Of a stretch of 6,749 nucleotides of DNA, positions 1 to 6,749 are shown in pieces; the first letter of the stretch is position 1; each line of letters opens with the position of its first letter. The notes beneath the pieces are model-generated. The model was not told where the DNA came from. It was given only the letters and a program-made list of their open reading frames with translations, and did not search any database. This DNA is from a virus. Lineage: Duplodnaviria; Heunggongvirae; Uroviricota; Caudoviricetes. The stretch lies in IMG/VR virus record IMGVR_UViG_2684622619_000016; one strand, given 5' to 3'. The translations under genes were made by a program, and so were the position numbers.

Positions 1-62
1 TTAGTCATCCTGTTTACCTCTTTCTCAGGGAGTTTAGTCTCCAGGATTCCCGGGGCGGTTCA
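1..62 (-). mobile_element. Terminal 62 bp of an IS3-family insertion sequence (IS629/IS1203-like left end): terminal inverted repeat, RBS and first codons of an outward-reading transposase orfA; the IS body lies left of the window
   Basis: Seen: 1..62 is the reverse complement of 6690..6749 with one mismatch (position 49 vs 6703). On the minus strand it reads TGAACCGCCCCGGG...GAGAAAGAGG(8 nt)ATGACTAA, i.e. a terminus starting with TG, an AAGAGG Shine-Dalgarno (17..22) and ATG at 8..6 reading out of the window. Recalled, not searched: this matches the IS629-type left end and an OrfA beginning MTK. Confidence 0.75.
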
Positions 63-684
63 ATCTGCTGGCCGGAACTAATGAATTTATTGGTGAAGGT
101 GACGCATACATTCCGCCTCATACAGGTCTGCCAGCAAACAGTACCGATATTGCACCGCCAGATATTCCGGCTGGCTTCGTGGCTGTTTTCAACAGTAATG
201 AGGCATCGTGGCATCTCGTTGAAGATCATCGGGGTAAAACGGTTTATGACGTGGCTTCCGGCGACNNNNNNNNNNNNNNNNNNNNNNNNNNNNNNNNNNN
301 NNNNNNNNNNNNNNNCATCGGGGTAAAACGGTTTATGACGTGGCTTCCGGCGACGCGTTATTTATTTCTGAACTCGGTCCGTTACCGGAAAATGTTACCT
401 GGTTGTCGCCGGATGGAGAGTGTCAGAAGTGGAACGGCACATCCTGGGCGAAAGATGCAGAAGCAGAAAAACTGTTTCGGGTACGGGAGGCAGAAGAAAC
501 AAAAAACAGCCTGATGCAGGTAGCCAGTGAGCATATTGCGCCACTTCAGGATGCCGTAGATTTGGATATTGCGACGGAGGAAGAGGCATCGTTACTGGCT
601 GCATGGAAGACATATCGGGTATTGTTGAATCGTGTTGATACAACAGTAGCAGCGGATGTTGAGTGGCCAGTCGCCCCACAATAA
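63..684 (+). CDS. tfa: Tail fiber assembly protein (Tfa/gpG-like), 5'-truncated at the IS junction and interrupted by a scaffold gap; possibly a pseudogene
   Basis: Frame 2 translation 38..265 ([76 protein letters not shown]) continues after the gap in frame 1 (316..684: ...[48 protein letters not shown]...[16 protein letters not shown], stop TAA 682..684). This is the characteristic phage Tfa sequence. There is an in-frame TAG at 35..37 inside the IS and no ATG between 38 and 178; the first start-like codon is GTG at 179. Confidence 0.85.
227..354. repeat. Identical 39-bp direct duplicate (227..265 and 316..354) flanking a run of 50 N (266..315): scaffold gap with unmerged overlapping contig ends
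   Basis: Seen: CATCGGGGTAAAACGGTTTATGACGTGGCTTCCGGCGAC occurs on both sides of the N run. Removing 266..354 (89 nt) restores one continuous Tfa reading frame. Confidence 0.9.
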
Positions 685-690
685 AAAGAA

Positions 691-720
691 AAAGCCATCG
701 ACAGAAATATCGATGGCTTT
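691..720. terminator. Candidate bidirectional rho-independent terminator between the convergent tfa and acetyltransferase genes
   Basis: Seen: perfect 11-bp stem AAAGCCATCGA (691..701) / TCGATGGCTTT (710..720) with an 8-nt loop. An A-run lies at 683..692, which is a T-run on the minus strand, and TTT follows on the plus strand. It sits 6 nt past the acetyltransferase stop and 7 nt past the tfa stop. Confidence 0.5.
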
Positions 721-727
721 ATGTACT

Positions 728-1204
728 CTATTTATACAATACAACACCACTCTTTTTAGTTATATATGTGCAGTTTGATGGTATATCTTTATTTATAAAA
801 GACATTGCACCTATTTTTACATTATCCCCAATTTTACGTGATAATCCAATGATGCAACAATTAGCTCCGATATCAACGTTACTACCAATTTTTACTCTTG
901 AACTAGGCATATCACCATCTATCTGTCCAATGGTAGTATTCTGTCGTAATACCAGATTTTCACCCGCATCAACAGCAAAATGAACAACAATTCCAGCATG
1001 ATGGGGAATTGTCAACCCTTTTCCAATATTTGCGCCCAATCCTATTTCACAACCAAACTTGTTAATTATTTTACTGTTTAACTTTTTGGCTGCTTTCTTA
1101 TGTAATTTATTACCATTAATATACATTTCGTTAGCCAACCGCCACCAGAAAAGGAAATTCCGGTTACGCTGCTTTTTCTCTCTTAAAAGCCTCCAGATAT
1201 CCAT
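728..1204 (-). CDS. Hexapeptide-repeat acetyltransferase (left-handed beta-helix, serine acetyltransferase CysE/WcaB-like), cargo gene in an AT-rich island
   Basis: The translation contains tandem [LIV]-G-x4 hexapeptide repeats and a CysE/WcaB-like core (GCEIGLGANIGKGLTIPHHAGIVVHFAVDAGENLVLRQNTTIG...VKIGSNVDIGANCCIIGLSRKIGDNVKIGAMSFINKDIPSNCTYI). I chose the ATG at 1204 (MDIWRLL..., about 158 aa, the size of WcaB-like enzymes). The six-frame ORF extends to a GTG at 1333 (201 aa), but that N-terminal extension is low-complexity, AT-rich translation with no Shine-Dalgarno; the start is uncertain. Confidence 0.7.
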   Translation of the reverse strand: MDIWRLLREKKQRNRNFLFWWRLANEMYINGNKLHKKAAKKLNSKIINKFGCEIGLGANIGKGLTIPHHAGIVVHFAVDAGENLVLRQNTTIGQIDGDMPSSRVKIGSNVDIGANCCIIGLSRKIGDNVKIGAMSFINKDIPSNCTYITKKSGVVLYK

Positions 1205-1351
1205 ACGTTTCCGCCGAATTACTTCATGTTTCCAGAAGTTTTTTAAATTAGTAGAGTTTCCAAATAAAACAAAGTGAATTGCCATTAAGTAAGATAGCAC
1301 GATAATCTCCTTAATTATTATTTCAGACCACACATGTTATAAGGTTAAGAG

Positions 1352-1380
1352 ATTATAAAATCCTGTTATTTGTTATTCAA
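1352..1380 (-). promoter_or_regulatory. Candidate sigma70 promoter for the acetyltransferase cargo gene
   Basis: Seen on the minus strand: -35 TTGAAT (1380..1375), 17-nt spacer, perfect -10 TATAAT (1357..1352), in the AT-rich spacer between the gpU stop and the cargo gene. Confidence 0.4.
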
Positions 1381-1456
1381 AAACAATTTTCTGAGAAGGA
1401 CATACAACAGCAAGTCGCCAGTCACCTTCATCAGGAAATTGGCGACATACGTTAAA

Positions 1457-1951
1457 TCAGAGCAGCCCCTTAACTGAGCTGGCCGCGCTATTAAGGGATG
1501 ATGTCACCTTATCTTTGAAGCCGGACAGCATATCGCTGAACGATGAGGATTGCAGGCGCTCCCGCAAATCCTCATCACAGCGTTCAAGAGTCAGTGAAAA
1601 TTCTATCTTTTTCGCCTTACCGTAGCGATCAAACTCGGAGCGGGTCGTATTCGTTCCGGTCAGGACATACATGCCGTAAATCTGCCCGACGCCATCAATC
1701 AAAGGCCAAGGACGTCCTGTATATGCCTGCGTGGTCAACAACGACAGCGACACTTCGCCACCAGTAATCTCAGGATAAAGAACACCAGAAAGAACGATGC
1801 GATCATCACCTGCACCGATATACTGCCAGCTTGCTGAACGGTTAACGCGTTCATTTTTCACATGTCGCCAGCTTTTGTTTTGCTGTAACTGCTGATGCGG
1901 CAACGTGCGCAGCTCAAAAACAAACATGCCGTAGATCATCATCATGGCCAT
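1457..1951 (-). CDS. Phage tail protein gpU-like (P2 family)
   Basis: 164-aa ORF beginning MAMMMIYGMFVFELRTLPHQQLQ..., matching the P2 gpU family as I recall it. ATG at 1951 with a GGAG Shine-Dalgarno 4 nt upstream, 6 nt after the tape measure stop. Confidence 0.9.
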   Translation of the reverse strand: MAMMMIYGMFVFELRTLPHQQLQQNKSWRHVKNERVNRSASWQYIGAGDDRIVLSGVLYPEITGGEVSLSLLTTQAYTGRPWPLIDGVGQIYGMYVLTGTNTTRSEFDRYGKAKKIEFSLTLERCDEDLRERLQSSSFSDMLSGFKDKVTSSLNSAASSVKGLL

Positions 1952-1957
1952 GACTCC

Positions 1958-4797
1958 TCAATCTTTATCGTAAAAACTGCCACGCCTGGCACGGGCGCGC
2001 CGTTCCATTTCTGCCCTGACCATTTCGCCGACCAGTTTCGCCAGTTCGCGGGGATTCTGCGTAACAACGTTATGCAGATGAACATGAATTTCACCGCCAA
2101 ATCCGGAGGCAACAGGCTCCCGGTTACGGGAAGTTGCAGGAACTGATGCCACTGGCGATCGTATGGCCTCCACCACCGGGCGGGAGCTGGCCGCAACAAC
2201 AGGGACCAGCGCCGGAGGCAGCGGAGCCGGGACCACGGGTGTGATATTAATTGCGGGGGCAGGCTTACTGACCTGCGCAATCTTCCGCTCCTGCCACTCC
2301 CCACGAACAGCAAGTGCGCGGGGCAGGTTCTTAAAGACAATATCGCCGGGGCCAATGCGTTTTTTTGTCTCATCAACCAGCTTACCTGTGTTATCAGCAA
2401 TTTTGCTGAGTCTGCGTAGCGTGCCGGTATTGCTGTCTGTGAGAGGTTTGTTGTCTTTGGGTTTATCATCTCCGGTGCCATTGCTATTTCCCGCAGACTT
2501 CGGCGGATTGATTTTCGCAATGTCTCCCTGAAACAGAGCAACCTTGTCCTGAAGAATGGCCGCACGTTGTGCGTCTTCGATTTTCTTGCGCGCCCTTTCC
2601 GCTTCATCCGGAAGCACACCGAGTTTTTCAAGTATCCACGCCAGCGTATCCAGCAACATTTTTGCAGGCGTCAGAACAAGCTGTAACGCACCACCAAGAA
2701 CGTTACCGAATACCTCGCCAGCACTGGTACATTTATCCAGCGTTTCCTTGCTGGACTCCATCGGTGACAGCAGCGATTTAAACCAGTTAAACACCTGGCT
2801 GAACCGCTTCCGATTACGTCAAAAACAGGGCCAAACCGTTCAAAGGTGTCGCGCAACGGGGTCAGCCTTTCCATAATCCCGCTGAACACCCCGGCAAAGA
2901 AAGCCCTGATAGGATCCCAGTATTTCCAGATAAGAACGGCAGCTCCGGCAAGCGCAGCCACGATAAGACCAACCGGACTGAACAACGCCCCGATAACGCC
3001 TCCCAGTAAAGAAACGGAACCCGTCACCATTCCCCATAGCGCAGGTAACACCCTGACGACATTCATTGACCGGGTAAGAATGTCAAAACCAAGACGCAGG
3101 GTGGCCAGCTTCCCGTAAAGCACCCCAATAACCAGCGACAACGAGCCAATCGTTGCAGTCATTGCCAGCAACGCACCGCCTGCTATCAGTAGCTGGCGCG
3201 TCAGTACCGGATGGGCCTGCGCCAGCGAGGTGATTTTTTCAAGCACCCGCGTGAGCCACTGCGTGACAGAACGCAGCGGACCGTCAACCAGATCACTGAT
3301 GCGAATACGAAGACCTTCCCATGCGCTGTCGAGATTTTTCAGGTCCCCATCAAGATTATCAGCCATTACTTTTGCGACGCGATCGGCCTCTCCCCTTGCC
3401 CCCTGCAATTCTCTGGTCAGTTTTTGCAGCTCTCCTGAACCAGCCGCCGCAACAAGCGTCTGCAAACCAACGAACGCCTCTTCTCCGGCGATGTCCTTGA
3501 AGAAGGAGACCTGGTCCACCTGTCCGTATTTTTGTGTCGCCTTATAGAGATCAAGCAGCACATCCTCCATCGGGCGCATTTTGCCTCTGGCGTCAGCAAC
3601 TGACACCCCCAGCTCTTTCAGTGCATCAGCCGCAGCTTTTGGCGGTGATGCAAGGCGGGACAGACTTGCGCGCATGGCCGTGCCAGCATCGCTTCCGCGA
3701 AGACCATTATTGGCAAGCATCCCGGCCATGGCCGCCGCTTCTTCAAGACTGATACCAAGTTTTGCGGCAACCGGACCGGTATACTTCATGGTTTCGCCCA
3801 GCGCGCGTAAATCAGTATTGGTCCGGGTAAATGCTGCTGTCAGCGTATCGCCCACCCGGTCCATTTGATCGGCTGTCAGGTTGAACTGTGTGAGGATATT
3901 GGAGCCTATATCAGCCGTCTCGCCGAGTTCGACGCCACCTGCCAGCGCCATATTAAGAACACCGGGCAATGCGGCCTGAATGGCCTGCGGAGTAAAACCA
4001 GCCATTGCCAGAAAGCTCTGCCCACTGGCGGCATCACTCGCAGTAAACTGTGTTTCAGCAAGTTTTAACGCCTGCTCACGCAGCGCCTTAAACTGCGGGC
4101 TGTTTTTGTCGATTCGCGTCAGTGCCTGAACGCGGGACATCTCTTTGCCGAACCCGATCGCAGGCTGCAAAAAACGCCCGGCAGCATAGCCGCCCGCCGC
4201 TGCCGCACCAATTGCCAGCGCACCACCTGTTTTCAGTTTTCCCGCGGTTTCCTGCGCGTGCGAATACCGCTCACGCGCCTGCGTTACACGCGCAAGCGCC
4301 TGCCGTTCGCGTTCAAGCTGGTTGTTGTATTGTTCGGTGCGTCTGATGGCCTGCTGAATGGTGTTATCGCTGCCTGTCAGGGAAATGCCGTGGCGTTTCA
4401 GCTCTCCGCCAAGTTCCCTCATTTTCTGAATTTCCCGTGTGCGCGATTCATTCAGGCGTTCAAGCCGGGTGCTTAACTGCTGCATCAGCTTTTGTTGTTT
4501 TTCGCTGAGCACTGTACCCGTGCGTTGTAACTGATTAAGGGCGTTAAGCTGGCGTCGTGCTTTCACGATGCCAGCATCCGCTTTACTGACAGCGTCGCGG
4601 GCGCGCTCAAATGATCGCGCCTGACGCTCGAGATTTTTGATCGCCCCCTGCGTTCGCTGGATGGAGTCACCAAACTGCCCCATCAGGCGGCGTGCGTTTT
4701 CGGCAGGTCGGGTCAGCCTGTCAACGGCGCTGAAAGCGACCCGGATATCAAGAGTCTTCATTGTCTGCATTCCCGCTGCGAAGTGCCGCCCGCTCAC
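1958..4797 (-). CDS. Tail tape measure protein (gpT-like) with an apparent frameshift near 2795..2815 that splits it into 708-aa and 278-aa ORFs
   Basis: The large ORF 2671..4797 is Ala/Leu/Gln/Arg-rich with predicted coiled-coil character and a glycine-rich hydrophobic segment, typical of tape measure proteins. ORF 1958..2794 continues in another frame (...FNWFKSLLSPMESSKETLDK...RRGSFYDKD) and ends 6 nt before gpU. The last ~40 codons of the 708-aa frame look like out-of-frame read-through. Start is ambiguous: GTG 4797, ATG 4770 or ATG 4761, all overlapping the E' end. Confidence 0.85.
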
Positions 4798-5277
4798 GCC
4801 AGCTAACCACTTCGCCGGGCGTCATCATGAAGATTTCGGCGGGCGACCAGTTAAAAATAACGGCAATATCTGCCACAAAGTCTTCTATGTGCTCAAAGCA
4901 CACAACCGTGATCAGGCTTCCGTCGCCTGTTCGTTCTTCCCGCCAGAGTCCGCACCGCTCAAAAAATTTACGGCAACCACACATAACTGAATAAAGTCAC
5001 GGGATGCCATTTTTTTGATCGTCACTTCATCCAGTCGCGGTGATGTCACGCGTGACAGCAGCGTAAACATGGATTCCGCTTTCAGATTCAGCACATCAGA
5101 CAGCGACAAATCTCGCAGAGATCCAGCCTGCTCAATAGCCCCGGTGATCTCCACATACGTGATTTTTTCGCCGCCTCGCTCAATTGGTTGGGTAAGTTTT
5201 ACACCACGCTCACTGGTTTCTTTCACAGTGTCAGTAACTACCGTGTTTTCGGTATCGATGTTTTTCGTCTCTTTCAT
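4748..5277 (-). CDS. Tail assembly chaperone gpE-like (4912..5277) and its -1 frameshift extension product E+E' (to the stop at 4748..4750)
   Basis: gpE ORF has ATG at 5277 with an AAGGAG Shine-Dalgarno 8 nt upstream and stop TGA at 4912..4914. The overlapping -1 frame ORF 4748..4984 (…FFERCGLWREERTGDGS…) is entered at the TTTTTTG heptamer. Its end overlaps the tape measure start, as in the P2 FI-FII-E-T-U-D operon. Confidence 0.75.
4960..4966 (-). other. Programmed -1 ribosomal frameshift slippery heptamer T TTT TTG (E to E+E')
   Basis: Seen: minus-strand ...GCC GTA AAT TTT TTG AGC... in the gpE frame. A -1 shift reads TTT TTT GAG CGG..., which is exactly the 4748..4984 ORF. Recalled: the P2 E/E' frameshift uses this heptamer. 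Confidence 0.7.
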
Positions 5278-5331
5278 CAGGAAACTCCTTTCAGTCAGAG
5301 GCGACGCACTGCGCCGCCTGCATATTACTTA

Positions 5332-5844
5332 TCAGCCAAGCCCAAGCGCGGAACGGATGCGATCGGGCACAATGTCCTTGCCGTCCTTCCGGTAAATGAA
5401 GTTCAGCAGGTCAATCTCCCACAACGGGCGATCGTTAACACTCAGCTTGTAGTAGGTGTTTTTAATGGCGTAAGTGTGTGATGTGGCTTCGCCCTGTTTG
5501 GCTTCCCCCATATCAATTTCCGTCACACGTCCGCGCATTTCGACTTCATACAGGTCGCTTTCATCATCGGTGTAGTATTCCCCCGCAAAACGCAGTAGCG
5601 TGCCGTCAATCGTGCCGCCATACTTCAGGAACAGCTCACGAACTGCGCCCCCCATGACAAAGCTCGCATCAAGCGCGGAGTCGTCCAGGCCGAGGTCAAT
5701 ACTTACCGCACCCATCATGCCACCACCCCGGTAGCTGTCGGTTTTGCGCGTCAGTTTAGGCAGGGTGACGGACGTCACCTTACCCACTTCGTTTTCACCA
5801 TCCACAAACAGCGTAAAAAAGCGAAGATGTTTTGGTACAGCCAT
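5332..5844 (-). CDS. Major tail tube protein (FII-like, P2 family)
   Basis: 170-aa ORF (MAVPKHLRFFTLFVDGENEVGKVTSVTLPKLTRKTDSYRGGGMMGAV...) with the P2 FII architecture. ATG at 5844 with a GGGAGG Shine-Dalgarno; the start overlaps the sheath stop as TGATG. Confidence 0.9.
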   Translation of the reverse strand: MAVPKHLRFFTLFVDGENEVGKVTSVTLPKLTRKTDSYRGGGMMGAVSIDLGLDDSALDASFVMGGAVRELFLKYGGTIDGTLLRFAGEYYTDDESDLYEVEMRGRVTEIDMGEAKQGEATSHTYAIKNTYYKLSVNDRPLWEIDLLNFIYRKDGKDIVPDRIRSALGLG

Positions 5845-6689
5845 CAGGCACCTCCCAGCACCGCAAATGCGGGACCAAAGAATTCATCAGTAAACGACTG
5901 GTAAAGCTCCATGTCTTCCAGCGGAGGAACGGGCGTATATTTGTAGCGAATACGCACACGCCCCTGACGTAAATTCGTGGTGCTGTTATCCTCGATGTCA
6001 TACCAGCACTCCGCGCCAATCAGTTTCCCGGCAGTAACCAGTGAATCCAGTTTTGCCCTGATGGCACTGATAACATCCTTCACGTTCGCAGGTGTCAGTG
6101 GACTGTCGATGGTTTCAAACTGCGCTTCCGCAATTGAATCAGCCAGCACCTGTGCGGTTCGGGTATACACCTCAAAGATGTAGGCGTTCGTTTCCGGTGT
6201 GCGGTTGCCCCAGAAGCGGAACCCGTTGCGACGAATAATGGTCGTGATTTCTTTGTTGTTGAGGCTGTTGGCATCACTGTCTTCGGCCTGCAACGACCAG
6301 AACACATGCCTCGACATCCCAAGCACATTTTTAACCGGAACGTTGGACAGCGATTTGTGCCAGCCCTGCTCATGGTCAATGTACGCACGAAGGCCGCACG
6401 CATAAGCAGGCGCGGGGAACGTTTCGTTTTTGCCACTTTTCAGGTTGTAGGCGATGAAGTCAGGCCATAAGAGCATCACCTCACGTTCGTTGAATTTCTG
6501 GCGGTAGGTAATCGCCTCAGCCATCGTGTTACAACCATGTGGCATACACAAACGCGCGCAGTTTACCCGCAATCACGCACAGGGATTTTGTTACCGCCTC
6601 CGTGTCCAGCTCCGGCGCGGCCAGAATACGCGGACGGTATCCGATGCTTTCATCCTGCTCTGCAACAAGCAGCGCATACATCCCCGTAT
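5844..6689 (-). pseudogene. Tail sheath protein (FI-like), 5'-truncated by the IS at 6689/6690 and carrying an apparent frameshift at about 6535..6540
   Basis: The C-terminal part (to the stop at 5844..5846) reads ...AITYRQKFNEREVMLLWPDFIAY...HEQGWHKSLSNV...IIRRNGFRFWGNRT...YKYTPVPPLED, which is sheath-like. The part upstream of the shift is in another frame (6689..6532: NTGMYALLVAEQDESIGYRPRILAAPELDTEAVTKSLCVIAGKLRAFVYATW). Together they correspond to roughly residue 115 onward of a ~390-aa sheath. There is no start codon; the frame runs into the IS end. Confidence 0.85.
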
Positions 6690-6749
6690 TGAACCGCCCC
6701 GGAAATCCTGGAGACTAAACTCCCTGAGAAAGAGGTAAACAGGATGACT
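6690..6749 (+). mobile_element. Terminal 60 bp of a second IS3-family (IS629/IS1203-like) copy, left end, with transposase orfA starting at ATG 6744 and reading out of the window
   Basis: Seen: TGAACCGCCCCGGAAATCCTGGAGACTAAACTCCCTGAGAAAGAGGTAAACAGGATGACT. It is inverted relative to 1..62 and differs at one base (6703), so these are two distinct copies rather than an assembly duplication. Confidence 0.75.

Noticed and set aside
14-229. Minus-strand 71-aa ORF, and its mirror plus-strand 70-aa ORF at 6526..6738, both ending in IEPPR(E/K)[10 protein letters not shown]
   Set aside because: The shared C-termini are simply the inverted IS repeat read in the same relative frame. Both ORFs are antisense to tfa and sheath coding sequence and show no protein-like features.
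81-514. ORFs 81..326 and 179..514 spanning the N run
   Set aside because: The translations run through the gap. The real coding signal is the Tfa frame on either side; the frame offset is explained by the gap and duplication artefact.
663-1277. Plus-strand ORFs 663..983 and 1059..1277, antisense to the acetyltransferase gene
   Set aside because: They are AT-rich antisense translations (Ile/Leu/Phe/Asn-rich) overlapping the better-supported hexapeptide-repeat gene on the other strand.
1205-1333. N-terminal 43-aa extension of the acetyltransferase ORF from a GTG start (MWSEIIIKEIIVLSYLMAIHFVLF...), possibly a membrane anchor
   Set aside because: There is no Shine-Dalgarno, the composition is that of AT-rich non-coding DNA, and the family size fits the ATG at 1204 better. 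It is kept as an alternative start rather than annotated.
1414-1446. 7-bp inverted repeat (GTCGCCA / TGGCGAC) with a 19-nt loop downstream of gpU, as a possible operon terminator
   Set aside because: The stem is short, the loop is long and no U-tract follows on the minus strand. It is too weak to call.
1942-2631. 229-aa minus-strand ORF
   Set aside because: It overlaps the tape measure C-terminal ORF out of frame. It is Arg/Leu/Ser-rich, as expected for an off-frame translation of GC-rich coding DNA.
2163-4476. Multiple plus-strand ORFs of 65 to 122 aa inside the tape measure gene (2163..2531, 2556..2876, 2846..3118, 3230..3547, 3581..3868, 4122..4346 and others)
   Set aside because: All are antisense to a long, well-supported coding region in GC-rich DNA, are low-complexity and lack ribosome-binding sites. 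They are treated as spurious.
1-6749. Inverted repeats at both ends next to a Tfa gene initially suggested a Gin/Cin/Pin-type invertible tail fiber segment (G-segment-like host-range switch)
   Set aside because: The repeats begin with TGAACC..., a TG terminus typical of IS3-family ends, and continue into a Shine-Dalgarno and an ATG reading outward. No invertase gene or alternative tail fiber C-terminus is present. The 6.6-kb interval holds sheath, tube and tape measure genes, which makes no sense as a host-range switch.

Overview
This window is a degraded P2-like myophage tail module, bracketed at both edges by inverted copies of an IS3-family insertion sequence end. I identified it from the translated ORFs and by reading the ends on both strands, with no database search; family names are from memory. 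On the minus strand, from right to left, lie the tail sheath (FI-like, truncated by the right IS and apparently frameshifted), tail tube (FII-like), the gpE/E+E' tail assembly chaperone with an intact TTTTTTG slippery site, the tape measure (gpT-like, apparently frameshifted into 708-aa and 278-aa ORFs) and gpU. Where gpD would be expected there is instead an AT-rich island of about 0.77 kb carrying one hexapeptide-repeat (CysE/WcaB-like) acetyltransferase gene with its own candidate promoter and hairpin terminator. Convergent with it on the plus strand is a tail fiber assembly (Tfa) gene whose 5' end is replaced by the left IS end and which is interrupted by a 50-N scaffold gap with identical 39-bp flanks. 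No tRNA, rRNA or CRISPR array was seen. The most interesting signals are the IS-bracketed architecture and the acetyltransferase cargo island. The two frameshifts and the gap may be assembly or sequencing artefacts rather than biology.
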